DNA from: Octopus bimaculoides
Taxonomy: Eukaryota
Direction: 5' to 3'
Assembly: GCF_001194135.2 (NCBI RefSeq)
Contig: NC_068987.1
Coordinates: forward strand, 94,560,212 to 94,617,117
Length of the DNA stretch: 56,906 bases
The notes under the pieces are model-generated. The model searched no databases, had not been told where the DNA came from, and saw only the letters and a list, made by a program, of their open reading frames with translations. Numbering within the stretch: position 1 is the stretch's first letter; the number at the start of each line of letters is the position of its first letter. This document shows, piece after piece, positions 25,880 to 39,249 of this stretch. The position numbers were made by a program, and so were the translations under genes.

Positions 25880-26050
25880 ACTGCTTCCGTCTCCCTCCAC
25901 ACCATCTTTCCTAACCATCAAAGCAGATAGGAACCTCAATGCAAAGTGCTACACTGCTTCATTCCCCCTATACATCCAGATACTTATAAATGCACTCACC
26001 AACAATGCAACTCCTGCCTCATATAAACAACACTACAACCTTCACTGGGT
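25880..26050 (+). mobile_element. Possible very old CR1/L2-like LINE C-terminal remnant
   Basis: KCYTASF-PYTSRYL*NAL resembles YxxSFFPxTxxLWNxLP. Confidence 0.35.
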
Positions 26051-26574
26051 TGAAGCCACATTATCACATTAATCAGAACTTTTGCTGCCTATGGTCCAGC
26101 TCAGTATACTGCTTCAAGTGCAAACATAAGCTGGCTGGCCATCTTGCTTATCAGTTTCTTGATATGGCTAAATAAGAACCTTCTATAAACTTTTTTTGTA
26201 TAGTAAGTTAAGAAAAAGAAGGCTATTTTTAATTTTATCCATTTAATAAAGAGAGAAATAAGGATAATAACTGTAGTCAGAATGTCTAAGGGTAAATAGA
26301 AATCCAACTACTGGATTTGTCATAGATAAAAGAAATTCTAAGGTAATAATGTTAAATGGTGTGTAAGGCATCAGTAGAGTGGCGAGAGCTTACTGGAATT
26401 TGCTCAATGAGAAACAGTGCTAGGTTGAACCCCCCCCCCACACACACACACACACATTCATTCAATACAAATTACTTTGTATGGGGGCCAGTTCATATCT
26501 GCAAAGACACAAGGAAACCATTTGATCTGGGCCCAGGCAGTTATTTAAAAGCTCTCACAAACACAGTACGATTT

Positions 26575-27130
26575 GATTTTTTTGTGATGAGAAAAACTCC
26601 AATCAAGATCAAAAATCTAACAGCAGAAATGATGGATGGTTACCCTTCTGACATCCCCAGAGTGATGAACACAAAATTTCAAGCAACCTTTCTGGTTTTA
26701 GAAATGGTAAATAACAAAGGCCGTGTCATGCCAGGTTACATCTTTCTACAGGGTCTTAGAATTAATGCAATTGGACACATTGAAGTGCTGAAGGCAGATG
26801 TTAAGCTCTGGATGGATATAACATGGAGAGCCATATACCTTTCCATAGGATTCTGCAACTCCTTACAATATAGTTCCAATAACAGATGCCAGACAATTTT
26901 TAAGGATCATGCAAACACCTGTTGCTTTCAAACTCATCAGATATAAATTCCAAGGACTTCTACATTTGGAGCATTGTTGAAAGAGGGGGAGACTAACCAA
27001 CATTCTCACAATATTATAACTGAAGGCTGCAATTATCCAAAATAAATAAGGACCATTTAGTGCAAGTATGTTAATAATCCTGGTCCCACATTGAAGCAGC
27101 CATCAAAGCTGAAGGCAGGTTCATAGAATA
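26575..27130 (+). pseudogene. Decayed Tc1/mariner-superfamily transposase (DDD, maT/DD37D-like)
   Basis: FCDEKNSNQDQKSNSRNDGWL; PRVMNTKFQATFLVL..MPGYIFLQGLRINA..EVL; PYTFP*DSA; SSDINSKDFYIWSIVER; SHIEAAIKAEGRFIE*. Frameshifts and stops are present. Confidence 0.85.
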
Positions 27131-28070
27131 CCCTTATAAGAAATCTTATTGAGAACATTTATGCAAATTTTTATTAAAATACATTTGGCTTTTGATAGAT
27201 TAAAGTTGTTTTATTAAACTATTGGACACATCCTTGACTACCTCTCACACAGTGTGTGTGTACACAAACACACATATATGTACATACATATATATTTACA
27301 CACACACACACACACACATACATATATGCACACAGATTGTGTTGTTTGTGTGTGTGTGTATATTTGTTTGTGTGTATTTGTATGTGTATATGCATGTGTG
27401 TGTGTGTGTGTAAATGCATTTGTGTATACATATGTGTGCATATAGATGTATAGTTCCACAATCCATCGTCTCTACAGCTTAACCACTCTTTTTCTAATGT
27501 TAATCAGAGCAGCAACAGTAAAAGATCTTAAAATGTTTTTATTTACAAACCCCTTTACTCTAGAACAAGCAAAACCACTTAATTTTTCTTCTTCTGTTAA
27601 GATGCTTGAAGCCTATACTTTTTCAAGTATGAATTATCTTGGCATTTGAAGAGTGACATCTTTGTTAAGATTTAGGTGAAGATTCTGTGGCTTATTCTTC
27701 CATTTTAGTTATGCCTGAAAAAGCTAGGTTTTTAATATGAAATGATGGCTGTTAAAATTCTCGTTGTCATTGTAATATTTAATCCCTTTTCTCTTTTATA
27801 AATATGAAATTAAAACACACAAAAGCAAATTTTACTCTTTTTAAAACATGTTAGCTTCTTAAAAATCCCCCCTCCCCCTTTTATGTTACTTTAATCATTT
27901 TATCTGATGGAGATTAAAATATCTCGCTTAAAACCAATTATGTGCTGACTATGGTTTGCAACTGGGTATCACCACCACCACCACTGCCAACAACAACAAC
28001 ACAACCTGCTGCTGCTGTTGCTACAACAGCAACAACAACAACAACTACTATTATTACCACTACTACTACT

Positions 28071-28861
28071 AATAATAATAATAATAATAATTAATTCGTT
28101 TTATTGGCCACAAGGGCTAATATCAAGTAAAAACATATAAGGACAAAGACAGGACGAAGGTTACAAAAGGTTTTGTCCGAAAAGGTAGGAAAGTTCGTCT
28201 AAACAGTGGAAGAAAACGGAGAAAGATATAATGAATAAATAGATAAATAAATAAGTAGAAACCCCTGAAGGGGGAGGCGCTTCGAAAAAGGAAAGGTTAC
28301 ATGTGGAAAAACCCATAAAACCACGGGAGCCTGATCAGAAAAAAATAAGAAAGGGGTATAGAGCCCTTTCTCCTTTTACATTACCTTTTTTNNNNNNNNN
28401 NNNNNNNNNNNNNNNNNNNNNNNNNNNNNNNNNNNNNNNNNNNNNNNAAGTGTATTCTCAGAATTGGTCCGTTTATATTGGCCATTCTTCCAACAGTCAC
28501 CCATCTTTCAACGAATTTGCTATGATGAGACAGCACTTCCCTCTCTACTCTCATCTTCCTTTTCAAGTGGAACTTGAAAAAGTTGATGAGGCCTTGGCCA
28601 AAGAGGAAAGTGTCTGTCTTTAGCCCTTTCAAACGGGTCCACCATATCACCTCTTTCGCTACAGCCACTAGGCATAGGAAAATTGCCTTGCCCTCCTGGT
28701 TAAAGGAGGTCGGCAGGTCAATTCTCATGAAGGATTCAGCTGATAGCCGGATCCGTCCTACACGTGACAGTAGCTGTTCGAAATAGACCCACAGGTCAGC
28801 AATGCTCGGGCACTGGACGAGTGTGTGCAGAACGGTTTCGTCGTTCTGAGCACACAATAAT
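28071..28861 (-). mobile_element. 5'-truncated Tx1/L1-clade LINE: ORF2 C-terminus, 3' UTR, polyA signal and (ATT)n tail
   Basis: CAQNDETVLHTLVQCPSIADLW (zinc-knuckle CxxETxxHxxxxC) and KEVIWWTR; AATAAA on the minus strand at 28100-28105 followed by (ATT)n; interrupted by an N gap. Confidence 0.8.
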
Positions 28862-29345
28862 AGCAATCTTCTCTACTATATGCACAAGGCCTGAAATGTT
28901 GGAAAAAGGGGGATAGTTGATCATACTGACCCAGTGCTCAGCTGATACTTACTCTATTGATTACAAAAAGATGGAAAGCAAAGTTGACCTCGGGGGTTGG
29001 GTGGAGTGGGGGCAATTTGAACTCGGAACATAAAGACAGGAAAAATGCTGTTAAGCATTTGTCCCTTGTGCTAACAATTCAGCCAGCTTGCCACCTTAAT
29101 AATAATAATGATAATAATAATAATAATAATAATCTTTTCTACTCTAGGCACAAGGCCTGAAACTTTTGGGGAAAGGGACTAGTCAGTTATACTGACCCTA
29201 GTGTACAGCTTCTACCTATATTATTGAGATCCTGAAAGGATGAAAGGTAAAGTCAACCTCGGCAGAATTTGAACTCAGAACGTAATGACAGACAAAAAGC
29301 CACTAAGCATTTTGTTGGGTATGCTAATGATTCAGCCAGCTCCCA
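28862..29345 (-). mobile_element. Two tandem SINE family B copies, CpG-decayed
   Basis: CTACT.TA.GCACAAGGCCTGAAA..GAAAG.AAAGT..ACCTCGG..TTTGAACTC.GAAC..CAGCCAGCT at 28862-29097 and 29133-29345, separated by (AAT)n. Confidence 0.85.
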
Positions 29346-30849
29346 CAAGGACTTGTTGTCACCAAACCTCAAGAAAGCACTCCTGCTAATTCAATTAGCA
29401 TGTAATAGCATTGGAATAATAATAATTGATAAATTAATTATCATCATTGGGCTTCTAATCCCTAATTGTAACCTTGTCTATATTAAAAATGATGCTTGTT
29501 TTTTGTCTTTATTTTCTTAGGTCCATAAACACGGGAATAATTGATTAAATCAACTGCAGTACTTAATTAGTATCTTATTTTAGATGCTCTATAAGAATGA
29601 CATAAAAATTGCTCCTGAAAAGAATTTGAATTCACAGTATAAAGATACCTAACTAAATACAAATTATTTTTCAATGCCATTCTACCACACTACCATTTCC
29701 AGTGTGTTGATTTTTTAATTTTATCTGATCTCCCCCATAATCTTTTTGTCTACCAGTCCCTCTTTCACTCTCCCTCCCATTCTTTTTCTTTCTACCTGTC
29801 AGTTTAAGATTTCTGTAATGTATTAATTTCTAAGACTGAACAAGTCTTGGAATTGTTTTAAACTTTGTCTCTCTTAATTCAGCTCTTAAGGACAAGAGCT
29901 GCTGCTATAGTAACTATTACCACTATGCCTACTACTACTACTACTACTATTACAGCTACTACTACTACTACTACTTTTATTATTATTTGCAATGGTATTT
30001 TAATGATACCCATGATGAAAACTCTTGTTGACACTCTTTAAGCACACAAATTGTAAAGCTGGATAGAAAAATTGAAAAGAAAAGTGCATTAAAAAATTAA
30101 GGAAGGAAGTAAGTTAAGCCAGTCAAAAACAGTAAAAAAAAAAAAGGGAACAAACGAGAAAACAGAAAAATAAATAAGAAGAAAGAATGTAAGGTACTTA
30201 ACATTCTGTGTACGATGATATAACCTTGGATGGATTCAATTTCTTTAATCTTCCAAGCATATTGTGTGTTTTGAACAGACAGCTTTGGTAAAGCTGGGCC
30301 TAGCTGGGTGGAAAATATTTTAAAACCATCATTGTCATCATCACCATCACAACCAACATCATCATCACGTTCACATCATCAATATCACCTGTCATCACCA
30401 CTGTCATAATTTCATCATCATCACCATTTGTGTAACAACTATTTTCCCACTCGTCATCATTACAACTACCAAACAGTACTAAATCATCAGCATCCTCCTC
30501 TCCATTTCATGATTATCATCATCAATATCACAACCACTAATTCTATCATCAACACTAGAGTTAGCAGAGCAAATGGCTGGGGAAAGGGCTCACACAATCT
30601 GCTAGAAATAACAGATAACTTTCTTGCAAATTGCCATGCCTTAAAAAGAGGATACAACAAATAATGTTATCAAATTATTGTTACTACTAAAAAGATTCTA
30701 ATATTCAAGATAAAACTAAAGACATTCTGTATCAATTGGGCCAATTTATTCAGCAATTCTTGCACATTGGCTCTCTATAGGAGGGTAATGGTGGAGAAGA
30801 GCTATGATGCTTTTGTGAAAAGTGTGAGTGTGAAAGGGAATCAACCCAC

Positions 30850-31200
30850 TGACTTGCTTCAGATAAGTTTCAATTAAGGGACTTGCAGAAATCTCAACAA
30901 CTCTCTGGGGCTGGGGAAGTTTTTTTTGCCATCAATTGTTTAAGTGTAGAATGACTTGGGCTATCAGTTGTGATGGTTGTCCCTGTTGCATTCATTGGGT
31001 TGTGGTGTATGGACAAGCATTTCTCTGTCTAGAGGCTGAGACAAAGGAGGTTGTATGGTGAATATGACTGATAGGATTGATGATAAACTCTTTCTTTTGT
31101 AACCCAGCTTTTTCATATTCCAGTTGAAGAGGATGATGAAGGTGAAGAGGGAGGTATTACTACCTCCCTAATCAATTTGGTGAGTGAGAATGAAAGAGTA
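30850..31200 (-). mobile_element. Possible very old RTE-like endonuclease remnant
   Basis: Across frameshifts: FTFH..NWN.KKL..EF..TTSF..RQR..YT..SQL..VILH..W, reminiscent of NRNGxxLxxF..NTxF..QxDYIL..KW. Confidence 0.3.
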
Positions 31201-31424
31201 AAGGGCCCATATCCTTGGTATTCAAGATGATATTATATATGTGGAGGTGTTCGATTGACCATAGGTGGTTATACTCAATCCTCTGAGCATATCGCCATGT
31301 TTGTAAACTGCATGCATATTCACTTCGTTCCATTTCATTTGCTATCAATACAAGCCTTCACATTTTCTCAGTCTGTACCTCTAATATCTCCTGACTCTTG
31401 TAGCAATAATAAAGAAATCAGGAT

Positions 31425-31618
31425 TAGGCAGAATTGTTAGAGTATAAGGCATAATACTTTGTACTTTTCGTTTCTGGCTCTTTCTGAATTCAAATCCTAC
31501 TAAGGTCTGCCTTAATGTTGTTAATATAAAGTACCAATCAGATACTAAAGGTCAATTTAATCAATTTATCTTGTCTACTTTCTGAATTAGGGGCTTTGTG
31601 CCTATGTAAGAAATCATT
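31425..31618 (+). mobile_element. Diverged SINE family B
   Basis: GGCAGAATTGTTAG..TTCTGAATTCAAATCC..AAAGTACCA..GGCTTTGTGCC. Confidence 0.6.
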
Positions 31619-31764
31619 ATTATTACTGCTACTGCTCCACATTAATTAGTTAATTAACTTATTTATTATACTGGTTAGTTCTTCCTTCTTGTTGTTACAT
31701 AATCTTGGGAATTAGAAACTGCATTCAGTGATGCTTGAAGGAAGAATATCTATTTTGAAATGAT

Positions 31765-31818
<54 letters not shown>

Positions 31819-33338
31819 TCTGCATGTGTCTATATTTGTGTGAGTGTAGACAAACACATGAATGCCACACACCAACATGCACAATATATTTGCATATAAA
31901 TGTGAACTGTATCTAAAGGCACAAGTTAATTCTAGTGCATGTGTTTGAAAGTATGTGCATTTGTTGGGTGTCTGCGATCGTGTGTATTGTATGTGCATAT
32001 TCATATCTACAAATGATTGTGAAGTGTTTCATAAATAAGGCTGCATTTAAATAGTAATATAATATATTAAATGCTGCTTTACACATGGGATATTTGGTAT
32101 GCAGTTATTTTCTGCATATTTCTATATGATTACACACACACACACACATACACACACAGGCCCATATGTGAGAGGTCTTTTATATGGATATGATTGAAAA
32201 AATGTTAGCAGGCACACACACAATATATGATTGAATTTCATTGGATGTGTAGATGAGTGTATGTTTGCATGTGTTTGTGTGTATACACATACATATATGC
32301 ATGTATATGTGTATGTACATATGTATGTCTTTTAGATTCTGTTTTGTATGGTATATGTGTGTGTGCATGTAAAATGTAAATGTATCAAGTGTGTATGGAA
32401 ATGTAAGATCTAATTGATTAAAGAAAGGAAAATGATTTGTTTAAATAAAGATTTAGAGCCAAGTTTTATGCAAACAAATATAAGGGCATGTGCAAAAATA
32501 AGCAGGCATATATTTATGTCAACAGATATAATAGACACTCAAAGTTTGAGATTTGGAAGCATATGTAATCTGTAATTTGTGTTTACAAGTGTTGATGTAT
32601 GTATAAGTGAATATCAAGGATGTATAAAACTGCAGGTTTTCGTGTATTTTCAGCAAACAATACAATACTATTACCATGTGCTAACTTTGTTTGAAGTTAC
32701 ATATAAATATGTCTATAAGCATATACAGAAATAGCGTCAAGTATTCCATACACACATGCATATAAATATCTCTACCTAGAAATATATAAAAGAATGTTTT
32801 TATATTTGTATGTATCTACATATAAAGATACCTTCAGTGATACATGGATATTTAGGGAATTAAAAATATGTATTCATATACACATGTGATATAGCAAAAG
32901 TAAAAGAGAAAATGTACTGAAATTTTTATGCTGAAAAACTATTTATGAAACAAAATGTTTATATAATCAACCAGTTTCACTTGTGTGAGCTATTCATGAT
33001 TGAGCAATTAGCGATGATGTTATAATTTCATACTGCTAAAATTGGTTGTTGTTATTCAATGCTGGTAGGAGATAAGATATTTTATAAATAAATAATCAAA
33101 TTTTGGGTAGGTAATCACTGATTATTATAATTAAAAGCATGGTAGGTAATTACTAATTTTTTGACAAAGTAAATCTGTTATATGTTGACTGGTTGTATTT
33201 AAAAATAGAATTATTGAAGTGGTGGAGGTAATACTTCATTTTATAAGGGGGAAAGTAACTAAATAATACATAGATTTGTTATTTATAAATACATGCCTAC
33301 ATATATAATTGTACTAAATTAATTGGTTGGACGTAACA

Positions 33339-33730
33339 GTTGTTGCTGTTGGCACTCCATCGCTTATGACGTCGAGGGCTCCAGTTGATCCAATCAACGG
33401 AACAGCCTGCTCGTGAAATTAATGTGCAAGTGGCTGAGCACTCCACAGACACGTGTACCCTTAACATAGTTCTCGGGGATATTCAGCGTGACACAGTGTG
33501 TGACAAGGCTGACCCTTTGAATTACAGGCACAACAGAAACAGGAAGTAAGAGTGAGAGAAAGTTGTGGTGGAAGAGTACGGCAGGGTTCGCCACCATCCC
33601 CTGGCGGAGCCGCGTGGAGCTTTAGGTATTTTTGCTCAATAAACACTCACAATGCTCGGTCTGGGAATCAAAACCACGACCCTACGACCGCGAGTCCGCT
33701 GCCCTAACCACTAGGCTATTGCGCCTCCAT
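33339..33730 (-). mobile_element. Full-length tRNA-derived SINE family D
   Basis: Head GGAGGCGCAATAGCCTAGTGGTTAGGGCAGCGGACTCGCGG..GGTTTTGATTCCC (A and B boxes); (AAC)-type tail; many CpGs retained. Confidence 0.85.
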
Positions 33731-33747
33731 GGACACAACAGTAATCA

Positions 33748-33789
<42 letters not shown>

Positions 33790-34515
33790 CCATATGTGTA
33801 TCACACTAAATGCATACACACCATTTAAATTGTATAAAACTGTGAAATGGTCTGAGATACAATTGTTTCACTGACTTGTATTAAAAACACAATAGGTATG
33901 GGAGCATGATTAACATATTGTTGCAGTGACTTGTGAGAACAAATGTGTTTTGCATTTGTGAGGCTTGTCAATGCCACGCACTCAATTGTCATGCTGCTTA
34001 AACAAAAGGTCCAGGCTTCTATACAGGAAACAGGGAATAAAATTTTGACAAGTATTGCAGAAGCTTGCCATGCAACAGGAAAACTGAATGTATGCAATTG
34101 AAACTGCAATATCTCAAAATTACTATTTGTGTATCATAACAAATTTATACTCCCTGTGAGAGTCATGAAGCTGTGGAATTGTCTGAAATAAAATCTCTTC
34201 AGAGGCTTTTTGTGATATAAACAGAACATATATCCAAACAAGGTGAATGCTGTTGCTTCAATGATTCTTCACAAAGATGGAAGTGTTTTGCTTTTGTTGA
34301 GGGTTGTTGTTGCCTTGCACTTGATTGGTTACTACTAAAACAAAGTTTGTGATTCAGTACGTACATACACACATGCATACATACATAAATATATACATAC
34401 ATTCATACATACATGATTGATTTATATATATTTATATATATATATAGGTTCAAAAAAACAATAACAAAAAAATAACAAAGTGAGGACGTGATATGGATAG
34501 TGTTATTGGACGCTC

Positions 34516-34554
<39 letters not shown>

Positions 34555-34777
34555 CATTTAATATCCGTCTTCCATGCTGGCATATGTTACACACACACAC
34601 ATATGCATGCACACATACACACACACATGCACACATATGCATGCACACAGACACACACCACGTAATAGGAAATAGTGTACGGAGGATCTCCAGATTCATA
34701 TTTAAAACAATTCAAAAACACTATATGTATATAAACCGGCCTACCCCACTAAAATATATATGCATATATATATAGTT

Positions 34778-35006
34778 ATCTTTTACTTGCTGCAGTCATT
34801 GGATTATGGCCATGCTGGGGCATCATTTTGAAGTATGTTAATCAAAAATGTTAAACCCCCCCCCACTACCTGTTTTCTCTCAAGCCTGGTGCTTATTCTA
34901 TTGATCTCTCATTTGCCAAACCACTAAGTTACAGGGATGTCAGCTTACCAACAGCAGTTGTCAGGTAGTGGTGGTGAGGGACAAGCACATAGATACATAC
35001 ATCATA

Positions 35007-35057
<51 letters not shown>

Positions 35058-35190
35058 GATGATGATGATGATGATAACGGTATATATACAACAGCCTTCA
35101 TTCAGATTCCGTCACTCAAATTCACTTATAACACTTTGATCTGCCAGGGGCTATACTAGAAAACACTATCTAAGGTATCACACTGCTATG
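34778..35190 (-). mobile_element. SINE family A, old diverged copy
   Basis: CTTTTACTTG..GGCCATGCTGGGGCA..CAAGCCTGGTGCTTATTC..AAACCACTAAGTTACAGGGATG..CAGATTCCGTC. Confidence 0.7.
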
Positions 35191-35904
35191 TTTGCAATGT
35201 ATGTATGTGTCTTTATATATTACTCAGAATTTCTGTTGCACATTGTCTCACCTTATATGGTGCAATATGCACCATATGCAAACTTTATGGTGTCCTTTAC
35301 ATTGAGGAAACAATTTGATACCTTGCTGGTTGCTTTTGGGAGTATACTTGAAGCATACTACTACATATACCAAGCCAACTTGTCACCACTCGCATCAACA
35401 CTACAGACCATTCCATCACTCACTTTAGCAGTGTGCGGCATTACCATACACCATAGATTCGCATTCTCAAGCAAATATAGGGAACAACTTTCCATATTCA
35501 AACTTGGCACCATTTCACTGAGAGGTATCAATTTTTGTCTGTCTACCCTCCTTTCTTCTCATCTTTTTCTTTCATCTCATTTACAATTTCGCTTGCTTCA
35601 CCTCATTCCACTATTCTTATCTTCTTCCCTCTTACATGTTCATCCTACAACTTCATGTTCACATATGAAGTTCACATGGTACTGCATTCCTTATCAGTTG
35701 CAACCATTTTTCAACTCAGAGGCTGTAAAATTCTACAGGGTCTCATTAATTGCTCTCCTATCATCTTTTCCCCAGAAAAAGGACTCTGTCCAAAATATTG
35801 AATCTTCTTCTGCTCATAGCAAGTTCACTGTACACATTTTATCGATTTCTCTGCAGAATATCAATCTTGCCAACATTAGCTTCATTGAAGTCTTTTTCAT
35901 CATC

Positions 35905-35945
<41 letters not shown>

Positions 35946-36283
35946 GTACTGGCATTGGCACTTTTACATGGCACCAGCTCACAACTCTTGGACCTCTCAG
36001 CTGAGGAAGAGACACAGAGGATGTTCCTGTATGTATGGATGGCTGTGATTTTACTTAGCTTGACATGTCTTCCCAAGCTGGAATGCCTAGATGATTGAAC
36101 TAAGTGAAATGGAAAGAAGATATAGTGAGAAACTTCTTTAAAAGTCACCGGAAGATAATTGACAGTGCAAAATCTCACCTATGAGGTACAGGTGTGAGAA
36201 TGAGGTGAAATAATTGTAGTGGTTTTGAATAAAGTATCTCATGAATTCCAATTTCTGTCTCTGATCTACTTATACATATATGT

Positions 36284-36965
36284 CATCATCATCATCATTG
36301 TCGTTTAACGTCCGCTTTCCATGCTAGCATGGGTTGGATGATTTGACTGAAGACTGGTAAAGCAAATGGCTACACCAAGCTCCAATCTGATCTGTCAGAG
36401 TTTCTACAGCTGGATGCCCTTCCTAACGCCAACCACTCCGAGAGTGTAGTGGGTGCTTTTACGTGCCACCGGCACGAAGGCCAGTCAGGTGGTACCGGCA
36501 ATGGCCACGCTCAAAATGGTGTATTTTAAATGCCACCTGCACAGGAGCCAGTCCAGCGGCACTGGCAACGATCTTGCTTGGTATATGTATATCTCACTAT
36601 CCACACACACCCACACACATGCACATGTATATATACATAAATCTGTTTATATATGTATATCTCTCTGTCCATCTACACACGCACACACATGTGCGTGTGT
36701 GTGTATATCATCATCATCATCATCATCATCATCCTTTAACATCTGTTGTCTATGTTGGCATGGTTGGCCAGTCCGACCAGAGCTGGCAAGCTGGTCCATG
36801 CATCAGCATGGCTTCTACACCTGGATGCCCTCCCTAATGCCAGCCACTTTACAGACTGTGCTGGGTGCTTTTACTTGGCATCACATGAACACTTTTACGT
36901 GGCATCACACAGGCACTCTTTTATGAGACCGCATGGACACCTTTTACATGGCACTGCCACAAGTG
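36284..36965 (-). mobile_element. Two family C copies (36284-36578 and 36712-36965)
   Basis: CATCATCATTGTCGTTTAACGTCCGCTTTCCATGCTAGCATGGGTTGG..GGATGCCCTTCCTAACGCCAACCACTCCG. Confidence 0.8.
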
Positions 36966-38785
36966 CTTTTTCAATAACCAATATTTTCTAGAACTTCAGT
37001 CTCATTATCAAGAACTGAACTGAATATATTTGGTGCTTGTGTTGTTTCTTGTTTATTCATTTAGTTGTGAAGACATATCTGTAAAAGATTTATTGGTCAT
37101 TAGCATTAGTGTCTCAACAGTCTCTCGTTGATTTGTTTGTCACAGTCCAATACTGATCATTAAGTTTATTATTCCTGTTTTTTTATTTTTTTTATGTCAA
37201 TTGCCATGCAGTATTATGTCAAAATTCAACTTGTTAACACACATCAAAAAATTAACACTGGATGCATATATGAACGACAAGGTTACATTAGGAAAATGTT
37301 AGTGAAGTGTTTTAACTGTTTGCTAAGGAAAACGTAGTGAAATTTGAAGAAACTTTTGAGAAATTTCTAGTATATAACTAGGTATATAGATGTATGGAAT
37401 GATTAGTTTTAATTGGTGCTGAATGTAATGTCATTGTCTTACTGGTTTGTGATATATCATTATTATATTGTGTAAACATTATTTTCATTAGAGAATAATT
37501 ATGAACTTCTGTTCACAGATTACAAATGTTATTTGGGTGATGAATAGTGATTAAGGGAAAAAGTCTTTGCTTACATTGCTCTTTTCACAGCATCTGGATG
37601 TTATGTTGTTTTTATTTAATGAATATTTTCATTATGATTTGTTTCTTTTAGTCAAGTTTATATCTTACATATATATTTTAGATAGAAATATTGGTTTAAA
37701 TATATGTTCTATAGTTAAAGTTGATATTTAATACTTATAGATCTACACTGATTCATTCCCTTATCATAGGTAATTGATGCATCATAGTTAAAGTGTTAAG
37801 TTATTCTGTTAATTTGCATTTAATTTCTTTTAATTATGTTTTCGTGTTTCAAGTTTGTCAGTTTTTTTTTTACAATTTGGGTGTTTTAGTCTATATTTTA
37901 TTGTTTATATTTTAGGTGGAGATATATGTCTGAATATACTTTCTATAATTAAGATTAATGTTTAACAGATTTTGGTCTAGATTAGTTTATTCTCATGTTT
38001 TAAGTTGACTGAAGCCTGATAGCTGTGATTATATGTTTTACCATTAGTTTACTTTTGCTTTGTTTTAATAATGTTTTCATGTTTTCTGTGTTATGTATCA
38101 ATGTCTATTGGCTTTATGTTCTCTATTTAATCTGTATGTTTACAGTTCTAGGATGATTATTCCTTAGATTATTATTATTATTATTATTTTTCATTGTATG
38201 TATTAGTAACGCCTGTTTCTCACCATGTTGAATTATATTCATTCATTACATTTAGTTCACTAATTTCTTTCAAATTTTTATGACTTATAAGGTTAATAGT
38301 TCTTGGTGTGACAGTGTTGATTTTGAAGATATTTTGCTCCTGTTTTCTATATTTTATTGTTTAATTTCTGTGCTTGGTAGCTATAAGTAGGTAATGATTT
38401 GCATTTGATATTTGTATTTGTGACAATTAATTAGTGTAGATATGATAAATAAACTGAAATAATGTTTCACTTTTGCTTCGGTCCATTAATTTCTAGGTAG
38501 CATTTACATTCTTAATGCTGTTGACACTGTTGGATTGAATGCCGAAAGACTAAAACTATAATGATATTTGTTAGGGAGCTGAAGATAGGTGTATACATTT
38601 GATGTTCTTGTTGACTGAGAACCTTTTGTAACTAGTTTTTCTTGTGGTTCTTTGTTGATCTTCATTGAAATGCTAGTTCTTGTAGGATTTAAGAATTCTA
38701 GATTTACATGGTTTTGTTGCCTTATATATGTATGTACAGATATCATTCACTCTCTCTCTCTTTCTCTCTCTCTCTCTCTTTCTCT

Positions 38786-38868
<83 letters not shown>

Positions 38869-38895
38869 NNNNNNNNNNNNNNNNNNNNNNNNNNN

Positions 38896-39215
38896 AAAGA
38901 GAGAGGTTTGGAGATGCCACTATGAAAGATTGCTCAATAAAGAGAATGAATGGGAGAAAGAGAGTCTGCTTAATGTCGACCCAACAGAGGGACCAGCTAT
39001 CCGAATTGACAGTACCTTGGTAGATAAAGCAATTAAGAGTATGAAAACAGGGAAAGCCCCCAGCTCATCAGGAATCACTGCAGAGATGCTCAAAATATCT
39101 GGCAATGTTGGCTATAGCCTAGTCACCCGTGTAGTTAACCAGGTGATACATGAAGGAGTCATACCCAATGACTGGTGTAACAACACGATTGTCAACTGCT
39201 ACAAAGGTAAAGGTG
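38896..39215 (+). mobile_element. RTE-clade LINE ORF2 fragment (linker to RT N-terminus)
   Basis: REVWRCHYERLLN..KAIKSMKTGKAPSSSGITAEMLK..GVIPNDWCNNTIVNCYKGKGD (KxGKAPGxxGIxAEMLK; PxDW motif). Confidence 0.9.
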
Positions 39216-39249
39216 ACTGTAAAACTCAAAAGTAGATAGAGTTGTAAAT

